Source: Candidatus Iainarchaeum sp. (GTDB lineage: Archaea > Iainarchaeota > Iainarchaeia > Iainarchaeales > GCA-2688035). Taken from it: a DNA stretch of 32,000 nt. Position numbers and translations under genes: made by a program. Positions 1-8,197 of this stretch are shown here, one piece after another (position 1 is the stretch's first letter; each line of letters starts with the position of its first letter). The stretch spans positions 1 to 32,000 of the forward strand of contig JAQTNI010000005.1 in the NCBI GenBank assembly GCA_028713935.1, in the 5' to 3' direction. The notes beneath the pieces are model-generated. The model searched no databases. It had not been told where the DNA came from and saw only the letters and a list, made by a program, of their open reading frames with translations.

Positions 1-200
1 GCGCAGACCAAATCGCTGCAATAAAATACATTGAAAACCAACCAAGCCATCACAACATCAAAGTAGTGCAAGACGCCCCCGCAATCTGATACTCCGTGGC
101 GCGAAGCGCCCGGAGAGATTCACAGGGCCATAGGGGCGGAGCCCCTATTGTCATAGAAATAATTGCCCTTTAAAGCTTTGCCAGCATACTTTTTTAGTGT

Positions 201-270
201 GCGGATTTGATGACCTGACGATGACACAGATCCTTCGGGAAATGATGATAGATGGGCGAACTGATCCGCA
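201..270 (+). ncRNA. Candidate box C/D-like small RNA (copy R1 of the repeated intergenic element)
   Basis: Layout read directly: GCGGAT (201-206), T, TGATGA (208-213, C box), a 12-nt spacer, a degenerate D' (ACAG), the small hairpin CCTTCGGG, ATGATGA (242-248, C'), exactly 12 nt (TAGATGGGCGAA), CTGA (261-264, D box), then ATCCGC (264-269), which pairs with 201-206. A T-rich run follows. No expression or target evidence. Confidence 0.35.
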
Positions 271-298
271 CACAATTATTTTTATTTTGGTTTTCTGA

Positions 299-1951
299 AT
301 GGCTGGAAAAATGAAGCTTAAAGATATAACAGAAGATGACATAACTGATTTTGCTGATTCGGCAGTAATCGCAGGAAGAGGTTTCGACTACTATGAAAGC
401 GGGATGGTAAAATCTTTCCAGGTGGAAGGTGACAGGATTATTGCCAAGGTTTTGGGAAGTTCCGGAAAATACGACCCTGAAGTTTGGATAAAGGATGGAG
501 AACTGGATGCAAGTTGCAATTGCCCTTATGAGGGATATTGCTGCAAACATATAGCGGCAGTGCTGTACAAATGGGTGAACGAAAAAGGAAAGCAATCAAA
601 TAAAAAAACTGAAAATACAAAAATGCCTGATTTGAAAAAAGTGCTTTCTACAGTTGAAAAGCCAAAACTAGAAGAAATACTGAATCAACTTGCTGAAAAA
701 AATGAGGGCACAAAGGCAGACATATTGGCATCAATCGCAAAGCCAGAATCAAATGAAAGCCGTGCCGCAAAAAGCATAATGCAGAAACAAATAATCGAAA
801 CACTTTCCGAAAGAGGCCTTGGCTATTACGAAGTTCACGGAGTAGTAAAGGAACTGGATGCGCTAAAAGAATGCATTCTAAAATTTCCGGCAAAAACAAG
901 AACTGGGCTTTTGCAGGAAATCATAGAAAAAACAATAAAAGTCGGTCAAAATTCTGATGATTCTGACGGGGACATTGGAACATTTATCCAGATGTGCATT
1001 GAAGACCTGGCAAAAGCACTTGAAGAACAAAATTTACCCTTTGAAGAAAAAAAGAAAATATTCTTAGAGAATCTTGATCAATATGAAAAAGACGATTATG
1101 GTTTTGAAGAAGGCCGCCTTGAGTTGGTGTTGCACCTATCAAAATCCAAGGAAGAATTTGAGTTTCTGATTGATGAATTAAAACGCAGAAGCTCGAAAAA
1201 GAAAGAAAAATACGAACGAGGGGCATACGACGAAGCCCTTACCGAAATTTACCGGAAAAGTGGAATGGAAAAGGAATACCTTGAAATGCTTGAAAAAAAC
1301 TGCAAGGAAAATGGAGAATACTTGCCTCTTGCAAAATTCTGGAAAGAAAAAGGCCAAGTAAGCAAGGCAATAAAGATAGCTGAAGAAGGTATAAAGAAAG
1401 ACCGTGCCGATTGGAGTGATAATGCAGGATATGATTTTCTTGAGGCAGTTTACGCATCACAAAAAAATAAAAACGACTTGCTCCGGATAATGATACTTCA
1501 TTTTGAGCAAAGTCCGTCACTCACAAAATACAAAGAAATTCTCGCGCTTTCAAAACACAGCAACATCGATAAAATCAAGGCAGATCTTATTGCCAAAGCA
1601 TCAGACAACGAATTGATTGATATCCTGTTATACGAAGACATGCTTGAAAAAGCGTTTGACGAGGCAATGAAACTTGACGGCGCCTATTCAGACAGGACTA
1701 AGGACAAAGTGGCAAAAGTGCTGATAAAAAAATATCCTGAAAAATCCCTCAAACTATACAAATCAATAGTCAGTGAGTTCATTGGTATGGCCGAAAGAGA
1801 TTCTTACAGAACCGCAGCTATTTACGCAAAAAAGCTCAAAGAATTGTTGCGCAATGAAAACAAAATAAATGAATGGGAAAAATATATTGCGGGAGTACGC
1901 GATGCAAACAGAAGGCGGCCTGCACTAATGCAAGAATTCCAAAGACTTTGA
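299..1951 (+). CDS. SWIM zinc-finger domain protein with a long helical C-terminal region
   Basis: 550-aa ORF with an ATG start. It carries the CxCx6CxH SWIM signature 'CNCPYEGYCCKH' near residue 75. The rest is Lys/Glu-rich and looks alpha-helical. Confidence 0.75.
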   Translation: MAGKMKLKDITEDDITDFADSAVIAGRGFDYYESGMVKSFQVEGDRIIAKVLGSSGKYDPEVWIKDGELDASCNCPYEGYCCKHIAAVLYKWVNEKGKQSNKKTENTKMPDLKKVLSTVEKPKLEEILNQLAEKNEGTKADILASIAKPESNESRAAKSIMQKQIIETLSERGLGYYEVHGVVKELDALKECILKFPAKTRTGLLQEIIEKTIKVGQNSDDSDGDIGTFIQMCIEDLAKALEEQNLPFEEKKKIFLENLDQYEKDDYGFEEGRLELVLHLSKSKEEFEFLIDELKRRSSKKKEKYERGAYDEALTEIYRKSGMEKEYLEMLEKNCKENGEYLPLAKFWKEKGQVSKAIKIAEEGIKKDRADWSDNAGYDFLEAVYASQKNKNDLLRIMILHFEQSPSLTKYKEILALSKHSNIDKIKADLIAKASDNELIDILLYEDMLEKAFDEAMKLDGAYSDRTKDKVAKVLIKKYPEKSLKLYKSIVSEFIGMAERDSYRTAAIYAKKLKELLRNENKINEWEKYIAGVRDANRRRPALMQEFQRL

Positions 1952-1969
1952 AAAATAACTGGTGAGAAA

Positions 1970-2530
1970 ATGAAACAACTGTTTCCCTCATACGCAAATC
2001 CCAATACTTGGAGAACAATTGCCGCAGATTACACTGGCAAAGATGAATGGAAACAAATCCGCCTGAAAATCCTTGAACGCGATAACTATTCCTGCCAGTA
2101 CTGTGGTTTCAAATGCGACAAGTGGCAAATCGTCCACCACATTGACGGGAACCCAAACAACAATCAGCAGTCAAATCTAATGGTTGTCTGCCAAATGTGT
2201 AACCTCATCGAACATGCGGGAATGGGCTGCGTCTTGCAGGGTATTGTTGACCTTTACAAAAAAGCAAAATATGGCCAGAATGAAATTGTTGCAAAGACGA
2301 GGGAACTGCGAGCTGCTGGAAAGATCGATGCTGAAATAATCCGGGAACTCGGCCTTGAGGAAAAAGTCGAATTCAAGCAGGATTGGAATTATCTCAGGCC
2401 ACTTTTTGGCTTTGTGACCTCACGAAAGGCAACCGATGAAAAGACAAATATTGCATTGGCATATCAATGCCGAACAATAAAAAATCAGGCAGGACAAGGC
2501 CAGCAGCAGCGGAATCTCGCCGACTTTTAG
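1970..2530 (+). CDS. HNH endonuclease
   Basis: 186-aa ORF with a GGTGA Shine-Dalgarno-like motif 5 nt upstream. The HNH/zinc motif is 'CQYCGF...HHIDGNPNNN...NLMVVCQMCNLIEH'. It starts 18 nt after the SWIM gene stop. Confidence 0.85.
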   Translation: MKQLFPSYANPNTWRTIAADYTGKDEWKQIRLKILERDNYSCQYCGFKCDKWQIVHHIDGNPNNNQQSNLMVVCQMCNLIEHAGMGCVLQGIVDLYKKAKYGQNEIVAKTRELRAAGKIDAEIIRELGLEEKVEFKQDWNYLRPLFGFVTSRKATDEKTNIALAYQCRTIKNQAGQGQQQRNLADF

Positions 2531-2539
2531 GTTTTCCCA

Positions 2540-2582
2540 TTGTTACATCAAAGTTAACGTTTTGCTTATTTTGATGTAACAA
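2540..2582. repeat. Perfect 13-bp inverted repeat (TTGTTACATCAAA / TTTGATGTAACAA) with a 17-nt spacer
   Basis: Read directly at 2540-2552 and 2570-2582, immediately after the HNH stop codon. Function unknown; it could be a hairpin terminator or a protein-binding site. Confidence 0.6.
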
Positions 2583-2589
2583 CAGGATA

Positions 2590-2626
2590 TATTCGTTATA
2601 TTTATATACTATTCGTTAAACGAATA
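2590..2626. promoter_or_regulatory. Putative operator: three TATTCGTT half-sites overlapping a TATA-like box upstream of the AbiEi-like gene
   Basis: TATTCGTT occurs at 2590-2597 and 2610-2617, with its reverse complement AACGAATA at 2619-2626. The last two form the perfect palindrome TATTCGTT-A-AACGAATA. TTTATATA lies between the sites, and the ATG of the next gene is at 2632. Confidence 0.45.
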
Positions 2627-2631
2627 TAGTC

Positions 2632-3339
2632 ATGGTTGAGTTGACTGAGAAGCGTTTGGTTTCGCTTTTGTGGGTGCTCAAAAACAAAGGGAAAAAGTGG
2701 AGCATTTACGAACTGCGAAGAGGCGCGGCTGCAATGCTCGGAAAAGACGATGCGGTTTACAAGAAAAACACGCGGTTTCCGATAGTGGATTTGGCTCTTA
2801 CTTATGGCCCCACATTTACCTTTGTGAAAGAACTCGAGAAAAATGGTATTTTGGTTAAAGATCCAAAAACCGCGGAGTATACTGTTGCAAAGGCAGGGGA
2901 TGTTGTAAAACTCATTTCCCTTGCAAGGCCGTTTTCAAGCCTTAAAACAATTAACTTTCATTCGCCACTCGATTTCTCGGCAACACTGAAAATGATTAAA
3001 GATTCAAAGCTTGCTTTTGCCTTCACGATGTTTGCTGGAAGCGAGCTTTACAGGCCTTATGTGAAAACTGACCAAGTGCACGTTTACATTGTGGAAGGTG
3101 AAGAGGAAAAATGGGGCAAGTATTTGCTTTCCAAAAATTGCCTTAAGGCACATAAGAGCCAGGCAAATCTTTTCTTGATTCCAACCAGACAGAAAGCTTT
3201 TTTCAGCGAAGCAGCCAAAATAAAAAGATTCTCGATTGTTCCTGCGCCGATTCTTTTGAGCGACCTTTTTAGCTTTGGTGGTTTGGCTGAAGAACAAGCA
3301 AATTTTCTAATGGAAGAATGGCTGAACGGCAGGTTGTGA
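2632..3339 (+). CDS. Putative AbiEi-like wHTH antitoxin / transcriptional partner of the downstream nucleotidyltransferase
   Basis: 235-aa ORF directly upstream (7-nt gap) of an AbiEii-type NTase gene. The N-terminal region looks like a winged helix. The assignment rests mostly on gene order. Confidence 0.45.
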   Translation: MVELTEKRLVSLLWVLKNKGKKWSIYELRRGAAAMLGKDDAVYKKNTRFPIVDLALTYGPTFTFVKELEKNGILVKDPKTAEYTVAKAGDVVKLISLARPFSSLKTINFHSPLDFSATLKMIKDSKLAFAFTMFAGSELYRPYVKTDQVHVYIVEGEEEKWGKYLLSKNCLKAHKSQANLFLIPTRQKAFFSEAAKIKRFSIVPAPILLSDLFSFGGLAEEQANFLMEEWLNGRL

Positions 3340-3346
3340 TTTTCAA

Positions 3347-4090
3347 ATGGAAAAGTTGATGATTGAAAAGTCTGATGAACTCCTTTACGAGTTCTTCCGC
3401 AGGCTTGGGAAAAATGAACTTGAAGAAATCGGTTTGATGGGTGGCTGGGCAGTGCACTACCTTCTCAAAAACAAGGACGTGGTACATATTGGTTCAAGGG
3501 ACATTGACATTTTCTTTGACCCTGCAAAAATAAAGCCGAAAGTTATCGAGGAAAAACTCAAGGGCATGGGTTTTCACCCGCATTCGACTTTCCGCTGGGT
3601 AAGAATCTTCCACAGCGAAACAGAAAAAGAGCTAGGCTTGGAAGAAAGCAAAAAGCACCCGATTTACAATCTTTCATACATTTACTTTGACATTGCAACG
3701 CCGGTAAAAATTGGGCATTCGATGCCGGAGCCATTGCTCAAAAAAGTTTTCAAGAAAGAAAAAGAGCATGTGAAAATCAAGGACATTCAGATACTGGTTC
3801 CTTCTCCCAAAATTATGATTGAAATGAAACTGAAATCCATTCCCGGAAGAAGCGATGCCTTCAAAAGAACAAAAGACATCGCAGACCTCTACGCACTGCT
3901 CAACAGCCATCACGAACTATGGCTGACAAAAAAAGGCGAATTGGCGAAAACAAAAGGATTGAATAAAAAACTTGTAAAGAATTTCAAGGAAGGGCTTGAA
4001 AGATTCAAAATTGACGGAACAATTGCTGCGTCAGCAACAATGTTGAGGATTGGGCAGGACAAGCTCACGGGCCTGCTGGAAAAGATTTGA
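3347..4090 (+). CDS. AbiEii/AbiGii-family nucleotidyltransferase (type IV toxin-antitoxin / abortive-infection toxin-like)
   Basis: 247-aa ORF. The NTase motif is 'GGWAVHYLL...GSRDIDIFF', and the C-terminal motif 'RTKDIADLYALL' is typical of this family. Confidence 0.65.
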   Translation: MEKLMIEKSDELLYEFFRRLGKNELEEIGLMGGWAVHYLLKNKDVVHIGSRDIDIFFDPAKIKPKVIEEKLKGMGFHPHSTFRWVRIFHSETEKELGLEESKKHPIYNLSYIYFDIATPVKIGHSMPEPLLKKVFKKEKEHVKIKDIQILVPSPKIMIEMKLKSIPGRSDAFKRTKDIADLYALLNSHHELWLTKKGELAKTKGLNKKLVKNFKEGLERFKIDGTIAASATMLRIGQDKLTGLLEKI

Positions 4091-4253
4091 CGGGCATATG
4101 CCTAACTCAAGCCATTTATAAACAACAGGCACATACTCCAAACAGCCAATTCAACAGGCTTTTCACGACCAAATTTTAACCACTTCGCCGCATAATGACT
4201 TTTGTATTGTGAGTTTTGCCCAAGAAAGTGAGTAACACCAATAACCAATATCG

Positions 4254-4316
4254 ATGTTCACCTGACGATGACGCCGACCTTCGGGAATGAAGAGAGATGG
4301 GCGAACTGAACCGGAC
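4254..4316 (+). repeat. Copy R2 of the repeated intergenic element (diverged paralog of R1)
   Basis: It shares CCTGACGATGAC, CCTTCGGG and GATGGGCGAACTGA with 214-264. The C-box position reads ATGTTCA (degenerate) and C' reads ATGAAGA. It ends 24 nt before the ATG at 4338. Confidence 0.6.
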
Positions 4317-4337
4317 ACTTAATTTTAAGGGGATTTA

Positions 4338-4880
4338 ATGCTTGATTACTGGCGCACGGAAGATAAACTCGCATTAGGACTAATTATTTTTATTGTTGTA
4401 ATGTTTGTTTTGGCAATAGTAGTGCCTATAATTAACCCAACTGATTTGTCTCCAGGCCAAAACTGCAGTTCAAACGAGCAATGCGTATCCAAAAGATGCA
4501 TAGAAATAAATAAGCAAAAAATCTGCGATAAAAGTAAGATGGGCGAGAAGTGTAAATCTGGCTTGGACTGCTTAGAAGGCTATTGTATTGAGTCAACCTG
4601 TGCACCTGCACCCCAGATTGGGCAAAAATGCGCTGCAGGAGTTCCATTACCAGAGAATACCAAATGCGTTGGCAACACAGTTATAAGTAAAGAATGGTAT
4701 TGCCCAACTTTGGGGCCTTTGTTTTATTTTATAATTGGCATTTTTATTTTTTCAATAATCGGCCTATTGTGTGGGTTAGGTGGATACACTGTTGGTGGTA
4801 AAGAACAGTATTGGCTTACTGTGGCAGGAGCATTTATTTTATCTGGAGCCGCGATATTTGCCATTATTATAGGCTGTTAA
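4338..4880 (+). CDS. Membrane protein with an extracellular Cys-rich domain
   Basis: 180-aa ORF with an AAGGGGA SD-like motif upstream. It has an N-terminal TM helix, a Cys-rich segment (12 Cys in about 80 aa) and hydrophobic C-terminal helices. Confidence 0.6.
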   Translation: MLDYWRTEDKLALGLIIFIVVMFVLAIVVPIINPTDLSPGQNCSSNEQCVSKRCIEINKQKICDKSKMGEKCKSGLDCLEGYCIESTCAPAPQIGQKCAAGVPLPENTKCVGNTVISKEWYCPTLGPLFYFIIGIFIFSIIGLLCGLGGYTVGGKEQYWLTVAGAFILSGAAIFAIIIGC

Positions 4881-4898
4881 AATTAGGGATTTGACAAT

Positions 4899-5204
4899 AT
4901 GCAAGAGGCAGAAATTCTAAAGGAAGCAAAAAGCATTGTTTTTGGCAGACGGGGATTGCTTGATTTATTGCTACCAAGCAAATACAAAACAATCAACAGG
5001 CTTCTTGATGATATCCAAAAATATGATTGGCTAATCATGCAGACTTACGAATTGATTGAAACTCTTAACGTAGAGGAGTGGCAAAGTGGGGACATTCTTG
5101 ACTTAAAAATTTTCAAAAAAAGAATGTTGCGTCTTGCAAAGAGGCTTGAGCAATTCAAAAAACAAAAAATTAGCCTGTTAGAAATAATAGCAAAATCCGA
5201 GTAA
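4899..5204 (+). CDS. Hypothetical protein (helical)
   Basis: 101-aa ORF tightly spaced after the previous gene. No recognisable motif. Confidence 0.4.
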   Translation: MQEAEILKEAKSIVFGRRGLLDLLLPSKYKTINRLLDDIQKYDWLIMQTYELIETLNVEEWQSGDILDLKIFKKRMLRLAKRLEQFKKQKISLLEIIAKSE

Positions 5205-5214
5205 TACTTGAGCA

Positions 5215-5784
5215 TTATGCAAACTTGTTTTTTCTGAACCAGTCAGCGTAACAACGTTCTTCAACAAATTGCCTATGTTCCACATCTGATTTTCGCACTT
5301 TAAATTTCCTTTTGCAATTCTCACAAAACCAACTCTTTGACAGAAGGCTTTTGTTAAATTTTAATTCAACGAAACACTGTGGGCAAAAAGGGCCTGTCAG
5401 TCGCACATATTCCTCTCGAGGAAATAAGTTATCAAAATTTATTGGAACATATGCAATCCATTTCATCCCATCAAATTCAAAAGAATGTTCATTTTCCCTA
5501 GCTATGCCCCCATGTAAAGGAACACCCGCAATATAAAAATTGCCTTTTCTTTGTCTATTCCTGATAAAAACAATCAATAGAACAACAAAGACAGTGAAAA
5601 ACAAAACTAATAATGCCTGCCCAAGCGGAATTGTTGTGTTCCCAATAATTGCAATAGCCAAGCCTAAAGAATCCTTAAAAACGTAAGCTGCACCGGATAG
5701 AACCAAAAAAGCAATAATTAGCTGTACCAAGATACTTTCTGTTATTCCACGAATAACACTTAAAATAAATTTTGAGCCAAACAT
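5215..5784 (-). CDS. Membrane protein with a C-terminal zinc-ribbon
   Basis: The track ORF 5215..5787 starts at TTG, and the ATG one codon downstream (5784) is preferred. It has three predicted TM helices followed by 'CPQC...CENC'. Confidence 0.55.
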   Translation of the reverse strand: MFGSKFILSVIRGITESILVQLIIAFLVLSGAAYVFKDSLGLAIAIIGNTTIPLGQALLVLFFTVFVVLLIVFIRNRQRKGNFYIAGVPLHGGIARENEHSFEFDGMKWIAYVPINFDNLFPREEYVRLTGPFCPQCFVELKFNKSLLSKSWFCENCKRKFKVRKSDVEHRQFVEERCYADWFRKNKFA

Positions 5785-5952
5785 CAAAAAATATCTTTTG
5801 CAACCTTGTTTAAAAATTAACTGAGCAGAAAATAAAGCATTTATATGACCTCGAGTTGTTCAGGGTAATTGTCAGGTCTTCATCCCGGCAAATATTCTTT
5901 GAAAGAATCATTTTTTATGGGTTTTTTATGCCTTTTGCATTCTTGTTTTTTT

Positions 5953-7422
5953 ATGGCTTTTGAGAATCAGGATAAGATTAATTTGCAGTTTAATGTCAGG
6001 AGAAGATTATCTTGGTTAGTTGAATATTTTCAAATAATTGGAACAAACCGCGATGTTTTCAACAAGGTCTTGGGAATAAATTTTGCTTTTTCCAACCTGA
6101 AAAAAGATTCAGATTACAATGAGTACATAGACCGCGCAGAGCAGGATTATTCCTTGGCAATGGTTAAAGAAAAAACAACACAAAATTTTGATTTCCTGAG
6201 AGAGATTGCAAAAAAAAGCTATGAAAAAAGCCAAGTGCTCGTTTCAACAGCAAAAAAAATTTCAATCACAAATTACAAAGACTTTTCCAATCCTGAATTG
6301 AAAATTCTTTTTGACAAAATGGCTTTGGAACTGACAGAATACCAGCCAATAATGTTTCTCATTTTTCCGATAGAGAACTATTTGGAAGAAAGCCTGCGAG
6401 AAAGGATAACTGGCATTTTAAACAAAAAAAATCTGCAAAACAAAATAACAGAGTATCTTCTGGTTTTTTCAATACCAAAAGAAGAACTTGTCGCCATAAG
6501 AGAAGAAAAATCTTTGCTTAAAATTGCGGTTGCAAAAAAACAAGGCAAAAAAATTGAATCCGGATTAGAAGAACACATCAAAAATTTTTCTTGGATTCCC
6601 ACTGATGACCCAACAGGAAAGCCCTGGGCCAAGAAAGATTTGGTTGGCAGGATAAGCTTGTTCTTGCAGTCCAATCCGGAAGAAAAGCTGAAAAAAATAG
6701 AAGCCGGCGAAGCGGAGAGAGAAGAAAAATTTGCTGAATACGCAAAAGAACTTGAATTGGATGACAAAACAATTGAGTTAATTGGGCTTGTCAGGGAATT
6801 TGTTCATTTAAGGAATTACAGAGTAGAATGCTGGGTGCAATCCCAATTCTTAATCAGACAGTTTTTGGAATTTGTGGCAAGCAAGGCAAGGCTTTCCTTT
6901 GATGAATTAATGGCATTAAGCTCTGAAGAAATAAGTGCATTCCTGGAAAGCGGGAAAATAGTTTCAAAACAGGAAATAAAAAAAAGATTGCAGGCTTACG
7001 CGTACGTAAAAATCAAAGAAAAATATACTGCTTTTTTTGGCGAAGATACAAAAAAAATTGCTTCGGAGAAAAAAGAAGAACAAAATCAAACCGAACATGC
7101 GCAGGAAATAAAGGGCAGCATTGCAAACAGAGGAAAAGCAATCGGAATTGTAAGAATAGTGAAAGAACTTTCTGACCTGCCGAAAGTCAAAAAAGGAGAC
7201 ATTCTTGTTGCATCAATGACTCTCCCGCAGTACATCCCTGCAATGGAAAAAGCAGCAGCCTTTATAACAGACGAAGGTGGAATAACTTCACACGCCGCAA
7301 TTATTTCAAGAGAACTTGGCGTTCCCTGCATTGTAGGAACAAAAATTGCAACCAAAACATTCAAAGACGGAGACAAAGTAGAAGTAAACGCGGACAAAGG
7401 AACTGTAACAAAAATAGTGTGA
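5953..7422 (+). CDS. PEP-utilising enzyme mobile (swivel phosphohistidine) domain protein
   Basis: The C-terminus 'GDILVASMTLPQYIPAMEKAAAFITDEGGITSHAAIISRELGVPCIVGT' is the PEP-utilising mobile-domain signature with its catalytic His. The start is uncertain: TTG at 5869, ATG at 5917 or ATG at 5953. Confidence 0.75.
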   Translation: MAFENQDKINLQFNVRRRLSWLVEYFQIIGTNRDVFNKVLGINFAFSNLKKDSDYNEYIDRAEQDYSLAMVKEKTTQNFDFLREIAKKSYEKSQVLVSTAKKISITNYKDFSNPELKILFDKMALELTEYQPIMFLIFPIENYLEESLRERITGILNKKNLQNKITEYLLVFSIPKEELVAIREEKSLLKIAVAKKQGKKIESGLEEHIKNFSWIPTDDPTGKPWAKKDLVGRISLFLQSNPEEKLKKIEAGEAEREEKFAEYAKELELDDKTIELIGLVREFVHLRNYRVECWVQSQFLIRQFLEFVASKARLSFDELMALSSEEISAFLESGKIVSKQEIKKRLQAYAYVKIKEKYTAFFGEDTKKIASEKKEEQNQTEHAQEIKGSIANRGKAIGIVRIVKELSDLPKVKKGDILVASMTLPQYIPAMEKAAAFITDEGGITSHAAIISRELGVPCIVGTKIATKTFKDGDKVEVNADKGTVTKIV

Positions 7423-7431
7423 ATTTTGTAT

Positions 7432-7470
7432 CATCTTTCGGAGCAGTTGGGCGAACTGAGCCATTTTTTG
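7432..7470 (+). repeat. Copy R3 of the repeated intergenic element
   Basis: The sequence is ATCTTTCGGAGCAGTTGGGCGAACTGAGCC followed by TTTTTT. It begins 10 nt after the stop at 7422. Confidence 0.6.
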
Positions 7471-7488
7471 ATTAATTTTTTTGCATGC

Positions 7489-7530
7489 AAATAATCCTTT
7501 GCCTTTCGTAGCAGTTGCTGAACTGATGGG
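7489..7530 (+). repeat. Copy R3' (degenerate) of the repeated intergenic element
   Basis: The sequence is AAATAATCCTTTGCCTTTCGTAGCAGTTGCTGAACTGATGG followed by a T-run. It keeps the CAGTT/AACTG inverted repeat. Confidence 0.5.
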
Positions 7531-7591
7531 TTTGTCGTTTCTTTTTTTGCCAATAAAAATGGTTAAATTAGGTTTGTGGCAGCATTAAATT

Positions 7592-8191
7592 ATGGAACTT
7601 GAGTTTAAAAAGAACAGGATTTTTCTTGAAAGGGAGCTTTCAAATCTTGACAAATTAGTTGTCAGGTTCACAAAAATTTTGCACAGGCTTGGAATTGATT
7701 ATGTTATTATTTCTGGTTACATTGCAATTTTGTTTGGCAGAAGCAGGCATACTGAAGATGTTGACCTGTTCATTGAAGAAATGCCATTTGAAAAATTCAG
7801 GCAATTCTGGCAAGAGCTTGACAAAGAAGGCTTTGAGTGCATGAACACTTCGAATGTTGAAGAAGCTTACACGGATTATTTGAAAGAAATGCTTGCATTG
7901 CGTTTTTCTGAAAAAGGAATGATTCAGCCAAATTTTGAATTAAAATTCCCAAAAACAGATTTGAACCAATACTCCCTGAAAAACAAGATAATTGTCGAAA
8001 TAGGAAAAGAAAAGCTTAACACTTCAAAAATTGAATTGCAAATTGCCTTCAAGTTGTATCTTGGTTCTGACAAGGATATTGAGGATGCTGTTCACTTGTG
8101 GGAAATGTTTAAAGGCAGTTTGAATATGGAATTATTTAATGGGTTTACAAAGAGATTGAAAGTAGAAGGTAAAATAAGATTGTTAAAGTGA
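7592..8191 (+). CDS. Nucleotidyltransferase-fold protein (AbiEii/MNT-like)
   Basis: 199-aa ORF. The motif 'GYIAILFGRSRHTEDVDLFIEE' fits the G-x-n-DxD NTase pattern, and the C-terminal 'DKDIEDAVHL' resembles the AbiEii C-terminal motif. Confidence 0.5.
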   Translation: MELEFKKNRIFLERELSNLDKLVVRFTKILHRLGIDYVIISGYIAILFGRSRHTEDVDLFIEEMPFEKFRQFWQELDKEGFECMNTSNVEEAYTDYLKEMLALRFSEKGMIQPNFELKFPKTDLNQYSLKNKIIVEIGKEKLNTSKIELQIAFKLYLGSDKDIEDAVHLWEMFKGSLNMELFNGFTKRLKVEGKIRLLK

Positions 8192-8197
8192 TTTTTT

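Noticed and set aside
83-124. H/ACA guide RNA interpretation of hairpin A (an ACA follows the stem at 122-124)
   Set aside because: The hairpin has only a 4-nt one-sided bulge and no two-sided pseudouridylation pocket, and I could not identify a clear k-turn or k-loop.
5869-5952. TTG-initiated N-terminal extension of the PEP-utilising domain protein
   Set aside because: The extension (MSGLHPGKYSLKESFFMGFLCLLHSCFF) has no SD-like motif or signal-peptide logic. The ATG at 5953 (or 5917) is more plausible, and the start remains uncertain.
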